From contig SUWC01000002.1 of NCBI GenBank assembly GCA_015061665.1, positions 5,227-69,226 of the forward strand: DNA of 64,000 bases, written 5' to 3'. The notes below the pieces were generated by a model. That model was not told where the DNA came from. It worked only from the letters and a program-made list of their open reading frames with translations, and did no database searches. A program made the position numbers and the translations under genes. Below, in pieces: positions 50,736 through 57,872 of the stretch (positions are counted from its first letter, which is position 1; every line of letters starts with the position of its first letter). Origin of the DNA: Lentisphaerota bacterium. GTDB taxonomy: Bacteria > Verrucomicrobiota > Kiritimatiellia > RFP12 > UBA1067.

Positions 50736-51323
50736 ATGAAAAAGAAAGTGCGATCTATCTATCTTATAATAAGCGAAACTCTTTCGTTTATTAGGTTTGA
50801 GAGCACTGATAAAAAATTGGTAGCCAGATTAACTGCTTTGGTGCAGAACATTGTTACGTCGCAATGGGTCAATGCAATTGATGGAAATTATAGTGTAATC
50901 TATTCTCGCCTAGTGCCGATAGCCGTTGAGTTGTTATTTTATAAATTGAAGATGCTGATTGAGATTGTTGACATGTATAAGCGCGAATATGTAGGCCATG
51001 CAACAAAAGTAGCACCTTTTGTTAAGAATTTTGAGGACATTGAACCGGCTTTGGAAAAAGGTCGATCTTTTATTAATAAAATTTTAAATAAACCTGATGT
51101 GTGGGATGGGACAGTTTACGATGAATTGGGGTTGTTAATTAATGAAATAACTTGTTGCAAGAATAACTTACAGAAACAATATGGGATGTGGCGATACGAA
51201 GTCAAAGCAGACAAAAGAGCGAGTTTGTTAGTTCCTGTGTCGGCAAGCGTGCTGTCAGCTTTAATATTCGCCGCATTAGTCAAGTTGTGGAAAATCGTAC
51301 AAATATATATGCCGAATTGCTAG
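50736..51323 (+). CDS. Tail-anchored helical protein B (195 aa)
   Basis: It lies 6 nt after protein A and has the same architecture: a helical domain and a C-terminal TM (ASLLVPVSASVLSALIFAALVKLW). No family was recognised. Confidence 0.55.
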   Translation: MKKKVRSIYLIISETLSFIRFESTDKKLVARLTALVQNIVTSQWVNAIDGNYSVIYSRLVPIAVELLFYKLKMLIEIVDMYKREYVGHATKVAPFVKNFEDIEPALEKGRSFINKILNKPDVWDGTVYDELGLLINEITCCKNNLQKQYGMWRYEVKADKRASLLVPVSASVLSALIFAALVKLWKIVQIYMPNC

Positions 51324-51361
51324 GAAATGGGAATGTTCTAGCCCGCACAACAACTACGCAT

Positions 51362-51481
51362 GCTGTTGGCGTTGCGTTGGATGATTGAGCGGATGAGAGG
51401 TAATGCGAGACGGCGAATTAACGGTTGAGTGCTGGGATTGCGAGCTGATGGCAAATATGAGAGGAGAGAGAAATGGCGAAT
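51362..51481 (+). repeat. Direct repeat, left copy (~120 bp, polysaccharide-gene leader plus ATGGCGAAT)
   Basis: GGCGTTG.GTTGGATGATTGAGCGGATGA...CGGCGAATTA.CGGTTGAGTGCTG...GATGGCAAATATGAGAGGAGAGAGAAATGGCGAAT matches 56851-56966 with a few substitutions and a 4-nt indel. Confidence 0.9.
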
Positions 51482-51598
51482 GTGATTACATACGGAACGT
51501 TTGATTGGTTTCATGTCGTGCATCTGCGGCTGCTGCAGCGGCCACGCAGCGTAGTGCGAAAAGGACTTCTTTACCATGGGGTCCATTTTACTCTCTGA
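51473..51598 (+). pseudogene. N-terminal fragment of a glycerol-3-phosphate cytidylyltransferase-like gene
   Basis: My own translation is MANVITYGTFDWFHVVHLRLLQRP.... It matches the TagD N-terminus (ITYGTFD..H.GH..LL) for about 23 residues, then diverges and stops after 41 aa. Compare the intact tagD at 61720. Confidence 0.65.
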
Positions 51599-51715
51599 CC
51601 CTTTTACTCTCTTGGCAGGTTGTAGTGCTTGCTGCTGTTATTGGCGCTACAATTATTAGCACGGCTATTATTATAGGACATTTTCTTCCACGCAAAATAT
51701 AAAGAAGGGCGTTAT

Positions 51716-52162
51716 ATGGCCAAGGCTATCGAAGAAATGCTAAACTTTAAAGGTTATTTTCTGGAGGATCATGCTGATATGATCCCAGAAAATGTATGTG
51801 GAGTTTATTGTGCGTATGCATGCTCTTTAAATGCAGAAACAAATAAATGGGTGGGCACCGATATCGTCTATTTCGGCAAATCGGGTGGCGATGTTCGTGG
51901 ACGAGTAAATGATCATAAAAAAGTTGGCGACAATGCGCGTAGAACATTGACGAATGGTGAGAAATTGCTTTATTGCTACGCAAAGACCGATAATGAGATT
52001 GAATGTGAGAAAGCATTAGTTGCTGCGCACAAAGATTTGCCACGGTTGGCAAATACTCTATTAACTGACGGCTATGTTGGGCCAAAGATTTCCTTGACAA
52101 TAAAGGGAGATTGTTATGGGATTAAATCTGGAATCGAATTTGAGGCTAACAAAGAAGACTAG
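51716..52162 (+). CDS. Stand-alone GIY-YIG nuclease-domain protein (148 aa)
   Basis: The motif order GVYCAY (GIY) ... IVYFGKSGGDVRGRVNDH (YIG, Arg, His) ... ECEKALV (Glu) ... ANTL (Asn) fits the GIY-YIG catalytic core. Confidence 0.6.
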   Translation: MAKAIEEMLNFKGYFLEDHADMIPENVCGVYCAYACSLNAETNKWVGTDIVYFGKSGGDVRGRVNDHKKVGDNARRTLTNGEKLLYCYAKTDNEIECEKALVAAHKDLPRLANTLLTDGYVGPKISLTIKGDCYGIKSGIEFEANKED

Positions 52163-52243
52163 GCCGCACAATTGCGCGAGATGTGGGAAAGCTCTGTAAT
52201 TGCTGAATGATACATGATGGAGTCGAGGAATCGGCCCAAATGA

Positions 52244-52390
52244 ATGCGAAGGAAATGCGATGGGCATAAAATCAACGTAGGTATAATTGGTTGTGGTTTT
52301 GTGGGCGGAGCCCTCAAAGCTTAGCTGGAAGAGAACAACAATGACGCGAAGACCTTTGTGAGTGATCCGCCGAAGGGGGATTCTCACTAA
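52244..52390 (+). pseudogene. Fragment of a Rossmann-fold NAD(P)-binding sugar-nucleotide enzyme, with an in-frame stop
   Basis: My own translation is MRRKCDGHKINVGIIGCGFVGGALKA*LEENNNDAKTFVSDPPKGDSH*. It has a GxGxxG dinucleotide-binding N-terminus and then a premature TAG at 52322-52324. Confidence 0.5.
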
Positions 52391-52481
52391 CGAATAGCAA
52401 TATATTAATATTTAGTAATAAAAGTATATAGAATGGTCGGTCACTATTAAGGCATTTGCAGAAATTGAAAGGAAGTGTTAG

Positions 52482-52856
52482 ATGAATATTGAAATGTCAT
52501 CTGGAGATTATAAGATTATTGCTTCAGGATTTGCTATGTCAGTTGCAAATAATCCGTTGGATATATATTTAAAGGACGATGCTGGTGCTCAGCTTTATCA
52601 CATAAGGTTTAGATTTATAAGTGACAATCAGAATCCAAATTCTGTGATTCGTTCAAATGGAATAGATAATGGAGCAGGTGTTGAACTTTTGCTTGTAAAC
52701 TTTGAGCATTCTCTGGGTCGTGGAATAGTAACACCAATGGCGATAGCATCAAGACAGGGACAAGATGCCTTATTCTTAACATTTACAGTTAATACATATA
52801 GAGGGGTTGAAGCGAAACAGGTTGCTTTCACTATTTATACACGAGAAGTGAGGTGA
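52482..52856 (+). CDS. Small soluble hypothetical protein (124 aa)
   Basis: AAAGGAAG lies upstream of the ATG. The sequence looks beta-rich, with no TM helix and no recognisable motif. Confidence 0.5.
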   Translation: MNIEMSSGDYKIIASGFAMSVANNPLDIYLKDDAGAQLYHIRFRFISDNQNPNSVIRSNGIDNGAGVELLLVNFEHSLGRGIVTPMAIASRQGQDALFLTFTVNTYRGVEAKQVAFTIYTREVR

Positions 52857-52862
52857 TGTATC

Positions 52863-53282
52863 ATGCCGCACGAGGATGTTGAGGGTAGGATGAGCGGAAC
52901 TGGGTTTGAGACTAAATCTGTTGGTAGCTCTGTTTCGGTGGTGACTTATGAAGTTTCAAGCCGTTTGGAGGAAGAGCACATATTCCCAACAAAGCACAAG
53001 GTAGAATGCGCATTTAGGGAGTATGAACGAAACAAAGATAGTACGGATTGGTTATCATGGTTGGGACTTTCTGTCGGAGTCCTAGTTTCAATACTAACCA
53101 GTGAAACTAAAGATATATTTGGTGCATCCGCAAAATTCTGGTCTGCAGTTCTATATGCGTTCTTAATTCTATCAATTATTATGTTAGGTAAGTCGGCGTA
53201 TAAGAGGTTTAGGGTTAGGAAAAAACTAACATTTACATACTTTTATTCGGGTCTTAAAGAGCGTGATGATTATGGGACTTGA
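52863..53282 (+). CDS. Two-TM membrane protein (139 aa)
   Basis: It starts 6 nt after the previous stop and is preceded by GAGGTGA. TM1 is WLSWLGLSVGVLVSILT and TM2 is FWSAVLYAFLILSIIMLG. It has a basic C-terminal tail. Confidence 0.5.
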   Translation: MPHEDVEGRMSGTGFETKSVGSSVSVVTYEVSSRLEEEHIFPTKHKVECAFREYERNKDSTDWLSWLGLSVGVLVSILTSETKDIFGASAKFWSAVLYAFLILSIIMLGKSAYKRFRVRKKLTFTYFYSGLKERDDYGT

Positions 53283-53418
53283 TGCCGATGAAGTGGGCAT
53301 TATTGTTATGATGAGAAGCGTGTTGGTGAAGCCATGTCAAGAGGAGATATGGACTGTGCGAGAATAAGCTCTATTGCACAAGTGAATCGAATACACAGTT
53401 TGTGATTTGATTGGTAAA

Positions 53419-53583
53419 ATGACAGCGAGTCGCCGCATATTCCTTAATATAGTTGCCACATACGGGCGGTCGCTGTATGCGCTGGTGTGCGGACTGTTTA
53501 TTAGCTGGTGGGTGTTGGCGGCGTTGGGTAAGGAGGATTTCGGACTGTATGGCGTTGTTGGCGGGGTGATGGTGGTTCTCTAG
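53419..53583 (+). pseudogene. N-terminal fragment of a Wzx-type flippase gene
   Basis: My own translation is MTASRRIFLNIVATYGRSLYALVCGLFISWWVLAALGKEDFGLYGVVGGVMVVL*. It parallels the N-terminus of the intact flippase at 58988 (..GLYTSRVVLRVLGVEDYGLYNVIGGII..) and is cut after 54 aa. Confidence 0.65.
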
Positions 53584-53615
53584 TGTGCTTAGTTAATTAC
53601 TATGGAGGTTGACTT

Positions 53616-54317
53616 ATGAGCGAACAGAATAATCTTAAGGTCGGTGAAATAAATAAAACATATGTGTACGGTGCCGTGAGATGTGTTGGTGCATTGAAAC
53701 CTGTTTTTGATGCCCAGCAGAATGGTTTCCTTCCTCCTGAATTGACTGTAGCGGGGACAGGATTTTGGATTAAGGACTTTGGTTGCTTTGTTACATGCGC
53801 GCATGTTGTAGATCAATATTTGGGACGAACGATTGATGAGTCTGGAATGTTAGTCGTTGGTGGAAACGGACAGTCGTATGAACGAGCAACAATTGGGGTT
53901 ATTGATTATCAACATGATTTGGCGTTGCTTAATATTAACTTTACTCACAAGGATGATTTTAAAAAGGAAGTAATGACAGGACTTTCAATTGCGGGTAATG
54001 ATCCTAGTATTGGGCAGGGTATTGCATACGCAGGATTCCCATTTGGCAATAAATTGTTAGATGCTAATCATACGCCCACATATTCTGAAGGTGTTGTAGG
54101 AAAGGCAATCCTTCATACTCTTAGGCGTACGGAGATTCAGTTTACTGGGCCTGTCGTTGGTGGGTATTCTGGTTCTCCGGTAGTATTAAGGGAATCTCCA
54201 GATAAATTGGTAGGTGTCCTGTCAAACGGCCCTATGGATCATGGAAACACGGGTAACATTTTTAAAGGGATTCATTGGAAACACGTATTGGCACTGTGTG
54301 AAGTGTCTGGAAAATAG
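53616..54317 (+). CDS. Cytoplasmic trypsin-like (S1/Trypsin_2-type) serine protease (233 aa)
   Basis: The catalytic triad blocks appear in order: TCAHVV (His), HDLALLNI (Asp) and GGYSGSPVV (Ser). There is no signal peptide. GGAGG lies 8 nt upstream of the ATG. Confidence 0.75.
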   Translation: MSEQNNLKVGEINKTYVYGAVRCVGALKPVFDAQQNGFLPPELTVAGTGFWIKDFGCFVTCAHVVDQYLGRTIDESGMLVVGGNGQSYERATIGVIDYQHDLALLNINFTHKDDFKKEVMTGLSIAGNDPSIGQGIAYAGFPFGNKLLDANHTPTYSEGVVGKAILHTLRRTEIQFTGPVVGGYSGSPVVLRESPDKLVGVLSNGPMDHGNTGNIFKGIHWKHVLALCEVSGK

Positions 54318-54343
54318 TTTTAACGTTAAAGAGGCATAAGGTT

Positions 54344-55768
54344 ATGACTTTTACAGTAAAGAATGTTGGACCAATTACGGATATAAGCATAAAACTGAAC
54401 AAGTTAACGATGCTTTGTGGTAAGAATAATTCCGGCAAAACATATTTACTGTATGCGATGCATAGCCTTTTGTCGTATATAAGACGAAGAGTGACATATG
54501 AGTTTTCAGATGCCGATAAAGAAAATTTTTGTAATACAGGGAGATGCTCAATTAGCGTGAGGGATATTGTTCAATCATACGCAAGCATGTTTAATGAAGG
54601 ATTTAAAATTACCTATTCTGAAGTTTTGGCTAGGGATCTTGCTTTACCAAAGTCGAAAACAGAATCGAGTGAAGTTTTCTTGTCCCTAGATAAAGGTATA
54701 AATGAGGTGATTTTAGAATTGATCACTTCCGAGAGTAGGAGTGTTCGTGGTAGATACACTAAGGATTTCCGATTGTGTATAGGTCATGATGAAAACAGTG
54801 AAAATGTAGTGTGTGAGTATCTTCCCCAGCAAACAATGGATTCTCAAGGTGCGGATCCGTTATTTCCGTTGCAAAAGTCAGCATTTGAAGCCGTGGAGTG
54901 GTTATTCCCTATCTTTGTTCAGCGGTTTCTTTTAAGACCATTTATCATAACATGTGAGCGGAATGGTGTTGCAATGTTTGGCGCAGAGTTGCGATTGTTT
55001 AATTCGTATATTTTTGATGCAGGCAATGTAGAGTTTGAGAGATTACAGAAGTTGAAGCAGAAGTTCGAGTTCAAGGGGTATCCACTACCGATTAGGAGAG
55101 AGCTTGAGTTTGCTATGAATGTTCGTGATATAGAACAGCGAACAGGTGCTTTGGCTAAAAATGATACGCTCCTCATATCCTTGGCTGGGCTGACAGGAGG
55201 AAGTTACTCGACATCTGATGACATGTCTGGACGGGTTAGTTTCATCCCGACAGAAGAATCTCAAAAAAGTCTGGCTATTTCAGAATGCTCAAGTTCTGTT
55301 AGATCTTTAGTGGAACTTGATTATTATATTCGTCACATGTCAGGGAAAAATGACTTGTTGATTATTGATGAGCCAGAATTGGATTTACATCCTTCAAATC
55401 AGCGCAAATTTGCCAGATTGATAGCAAGAATTGTTAACGCAGGGACGCGCGTGCTTGTTGCTACGCATAGCGATCATTTCGCGCGAGAGATTAACAGTCT
55501 AATTGCGGCTTACAGTGAAAGGGATGATGTTCGTCGACGGAATATGAAGATATTACAGTGTAATCAGGACGAGTTGATGTCATCAAATGATGTCTCATGT
55601 TATGTTATAACACGAGATTCCATAACACCTATGGAAATTGAGCCAGGGTTTGGCTATCCCATTAAAAGTTTTGATGATGACATCCAGAGGTTTAATGATG
55701 CGTACAATGAATTGAGGTCTAGCATCGTACATGATGAGGAGTCAGAAGACTGTTACGGAGATAGCTGA
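54344..55768 (+). CDS. ABC-type (AAA_15/AAA_21-like) ATPase (474 aa)
   Basis: Walker A GKNNSGKT at residues 26-33, a long helical insert, a signature-like ISECSSSVRSL, Walker B LLIIDEPELDLHP and H-loop VLVATHSDHF. It lies 26 nt after the protease gene. Confidence 0.8.
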   Translation: MTFTVKNVGPITDISIKLNKLTMLCGKNNSGKTYLLYAMHSLLSYIRRRVTYEFSDADKENFCNTGRCSISVRDIVQSYASMFNEGFKITYSEVLARDLALPKSKTESSEVFLSLDKGINEVILELITSESRSVRGRYTKDFRLCIGHDENSENVVCEYLPQQTMDSQGADPLFPLQKSAFEAVEWLFPIFVQRFLLRPFIITCERNGVAMFGAELRLFNSYIFDAGNVEFERLQKLKQKFEFKGYPLPIRRELEFAMNVRDIEQRTGALAKNDTLLISLAGLTGGSYSTSDDMSGRVSFIPTEESQKSLAISECSSSVRSLVELDYYIRHMSGKNDLLIIDEPELDLHPSNQRKFARLIARIVNAGTRVLVATHSDHFAREINSLIAAYSERDDVRRRNMKILQCNQDELMSSNDVSCYVITRDSITPMEIEPGFGYPIKSFDDDIQRFNDAYNELRSSIVHDEESEDCYGDS

Positions 55769-55772
55769 TTAT

Positions 55773-56447
55773 ATGAAGAAAGAATTAGAGTGCCTTAAAG
55801 AACTGCTGGCGCAAAAAGTTATGCGGTTTAATAAAGGGCTATGTAAACAATGTTACTACCCTGATTCTGTGCCGATAGTATTTGATGTCTCGAACGGGCA
55901 TTTTGTTCTTAAAGAATGTGAAAAAGCACTCCTTAATCATATACCATTGTGTAACCTTGGAGAAGATACACTGATCTTGAAGCCAGATAATTTTAATATT
56001 AGATTTTACAAAACTGGCACGTATAACAAAGCATGCGATTATCTCGTGCTCACGTATGACAAGGCCAACAAGCCTCATGCTGTTTTTGTAGACCTAAAGA
56101 CGGATATATATGACCAGCCCAATCCCGAAACCTGCGAGTTTAAGACCAATTCTGAGCGAGATGCTCTGTGCGGATTGCAATTTTGCGGTGCCCGGTCTCT
56201 ATATAAGTTGTTGGCACTGATGACAAGAACGTTAAGTAAATGCCGAGCGTTTGACTCATATCAAGAACATTATTGGGTTCTGTATAAGAATTATTTAAAT
56301 GGATGTGGTGTTATTGGTGCGGTGCCGACCTTAACCGAGGGGAGTGGAGATGCGGTAAAAACATTTCGCAGGTCTAGCTTACTGTCATCGATTTATGCTC
56401 GTAAAGTGAAGAATAATGAGTCAATTGATATTGCGTGTTTGTTATGA
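55773..56447 (+). CDS. Nuclease-like protein (224 aa from ATG 55773; the track ORF starts at 55731)
   Basis: ATG 55773 lies 4 nt after the ATPase stop. Two motif readings are possible. One is PD-(D/E)xK-like (..CDYLVLTYDKANKPHAVFVDLKTD). The other is a degenerate N-terminal HNH-like pattern (CKQC ... GH ... LLNHIPLCN). No firm family assignment was made. Confidence 0.5.
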   Translation: MKKELECLKELLAQKVMRFNKGLCKQCYYPDSVPIVFDVSNGHFVLKECEKALLNHIPLCNLGEDTLILKPDNFNIRFYKTGTYNKACDYLVLTYDKANKPHAVFVDLKTDIYDQPNPETCEFKTNSERDALCGLQFCGARSLYKLLALMTRTLSKCRAFDSYQEHYWVLYKNYLNGCGVIGAVPTLTEGSGDAVKTFRRSSLLSSIYARKVKNNESIDIACLL

Positions 56448-56469
56448 CAGAATACTGAGAGTGCAAACG

Positions 56470-56745
56470 ATGAACTATCAGATCAAAAATATATTCGATT
56501 TCTTTGTCATTCGCACGGATAATTGGACATGTGCTGAATTTGAAAAAGCCATTCTTCGGGATTATCCTAATGAAGGGTATCCTTTTGTCAAAGAACTAAT
56601 CCTGGAGGCGGATGAATTGGGCTATTGGCCTAAGGTTATAGAGCGATACATTAGGACAAATTACATAGCGCATGGTAATGTCTCTTCAGAACTTGATCGA
56701 ATAGCGAATCGCATACTTGGTGCAGATTATAAACCAAGCATATAA
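56470..56745 (+). CDS. Small hypothetical protein (91 aa), last gene of the four-gene operon
   Basis: ATG 56470 (Met19 of ORF 56416) lies 22 nt after the previous stop. It is helical-looking and acidic, with no recognisable motif. Confidence 0.45.
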   Translation: MNYQIKNIFDFFVIRTDNWTCAEFEKAILRDYPNEGYPFVKELILEADELGYWPKVIERYIRTNYIAHGNVSSELDRIANRILGADYKPSI

Positions 56746-56782
56746 CGCACGTTGAGCCACTGACAATTAATGGCGATGCAAG

Positions 56783-56917
56783 ATGAAAACATTTGGTATA
56801 GTTAGCTATGACATCTACTGCAACTTTACGAACTATGGTTCGGCGTAGCAGGGCTGGGCGTTGGGTTGGATGATTGAGCGGATGACAAGCAGTGTCGGGC
56901 GGCGAATTAGCGGTTGA
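56783..56917 (+). pseudogene. N-terminal fragment of a polysaccharide pyruvyl transferase-like gene, with an in-frame stop
   Basis: My own translation is MKTFGIVSYDIYCNFTNYGSA*QGWALGWMIERMTSSVGRRISG*. The NYGS.LQ.WAL pattern is typical of pyruvyl-transferase N-termini. A TAG interrupts it at 56846-56848. Confidence 0.5.
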
Positions 56918-56966
56918 GTGCTGCGGCAGCAGATGGCAAATATGAGAGGAGAGAGAAATGGCGAAT
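56851..56966 (+). repeat. Direct repeat, right copy (~116 bp)
   Basis: See the left copy at 51362-51481. This copy ends with the first three codons (ATGGCGAAT) of the intact FdtA-like gene. Confidence 0.9.
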
Positions 56967-57872
56967 ATGAAAACATTAGACGATGTAAAAATAATACAGC
57001 TGCCAAAGATAGCGGATCCTCGTGGCAACTTGTCTATCATTGAGCAGATAAAGCATATACCGTTTGAGATACGGCGAGCTCACTGGATATATGATGTCCC
57101 TGGAGGTGTAGATCGTGGTGGTCACGCTTTCAAGGAGACAGAGGAATTTATAGTGGCTCTGTCAGGGAGTTTCGATGTCGTTGTTGCTGATGGCGAACAG
57201 AAAAAGACTTTCTCATTGAACAGATCTTACTTCGGGTTATATGTGCCGAGTGGTATGTGGCGGACGATGGCCAATTTCTCAACCAATTCACTCGCATTGG
57301 TGCTTTCGTCAACTGAATACAATGAAAATGATTATGTGTCTGATTACGAAGAGTACAAGTGTTGGCGGAGTGATCCCTCAAATGTTCCCACAAAATCGGA
57401 TGCCAGAACTTCGCTGAAGGTGAATGAGCCGACAAATAGGCACATGTTGATAGAGGGAAGGAGCGTTTTTGATTGTTCGCTATGCGAATTGAATAAGATG
57501 CACGACATAGAAGGCAATCTGACATTCATGTACGAGAATGTTCATGTGCCGTTCCCTATCAATCGTGTATTTTATTCTTACGATATTCCGGGTGGCGAGG
57601 ATAGAGGCGCACATGCCCACAAGAAATGCCATCAGTTCTTGATAGCTGCCAGCGGCTCGTTTGAGGTTTTGTTGGATGATGGAGTAAATAAGCGCACGGT
57701 GCTTCTGAATCGACCGTTTTATGGACTTCATGTTCCACCAGGCATCTGGGCATCTGAACAAGGATTCTCTTCGGGCAGCATTTGCTTGGTGCTGGCCAGT
57801 CATGGTTATGAAGAAGATGATTACATTCGGAGTTATGACGACTATTTGGAATATCTAAAGGCAAAAAGATAA
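56958..57872 (+). CDS. Tandem double-cupin FdtA/QdtA(WxcM)-like sugar 3,4-ketoisomerase
   Basis: 304 aa with two homologous halves. The first is ..DPRGNLSIIE..IPFEIRRAHWIYDVPGGVDRGGHAFKETEEFIVALSGSF.. and the second is ..EGNLTFMYE..VPFPINRVFYSYDIPGGEDRGAHAHKKCHQFLIAASGSF... Confidence 0.75.
   Translation: MANMKTLDDVKIIQLPKIADPRGNLSIIEQIKHIPFEIRRAHWIYDVPGGVDRGGHAFKETEEFIVALSGSFDVVVADGEQKKTFSLNRSYFGLYVPSGMWRTMANFSTNSLALVLSSTEYNENDYVSDYEEYKCWRSDPSNVPTKSDARTSLKVNEPTNRHMLIEGRSVFDCSLCELNKMHDIEGNLTFMYENVHVPFPINRVFYSYDIPGGEDRGAHAHKKCHQFLIAASGSFEVLLDDGVNKRTVLLNRPFYGLHVPPGIWASEQGFSSGSICLVLASHGYEEDDYIRSYDDYLEYLKAKR

Noticed and set aside
51505-51702. A 65-codon TTG-initiated ORF with one hydrophobic helix, upstream of the GIY-YIG gene.
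   Set aside because: It overlaps the dead tagD-like fragment, has a non-ATG start and no Shine-Dalgarno sequence. Its N-terminal half is an Ala-run read from another gene's remnant. It is mentioned only as a doubtful possibility.
53283-53418. A short open frame (..ADEVGIIVMMRSVLVKPCQEEIWTVRE*) between the 2-TM gene and the wzx fragment, considered as another gene remnant.
   Set aside because: It is too short and has no diagnostic motif, so no parent family can be named.
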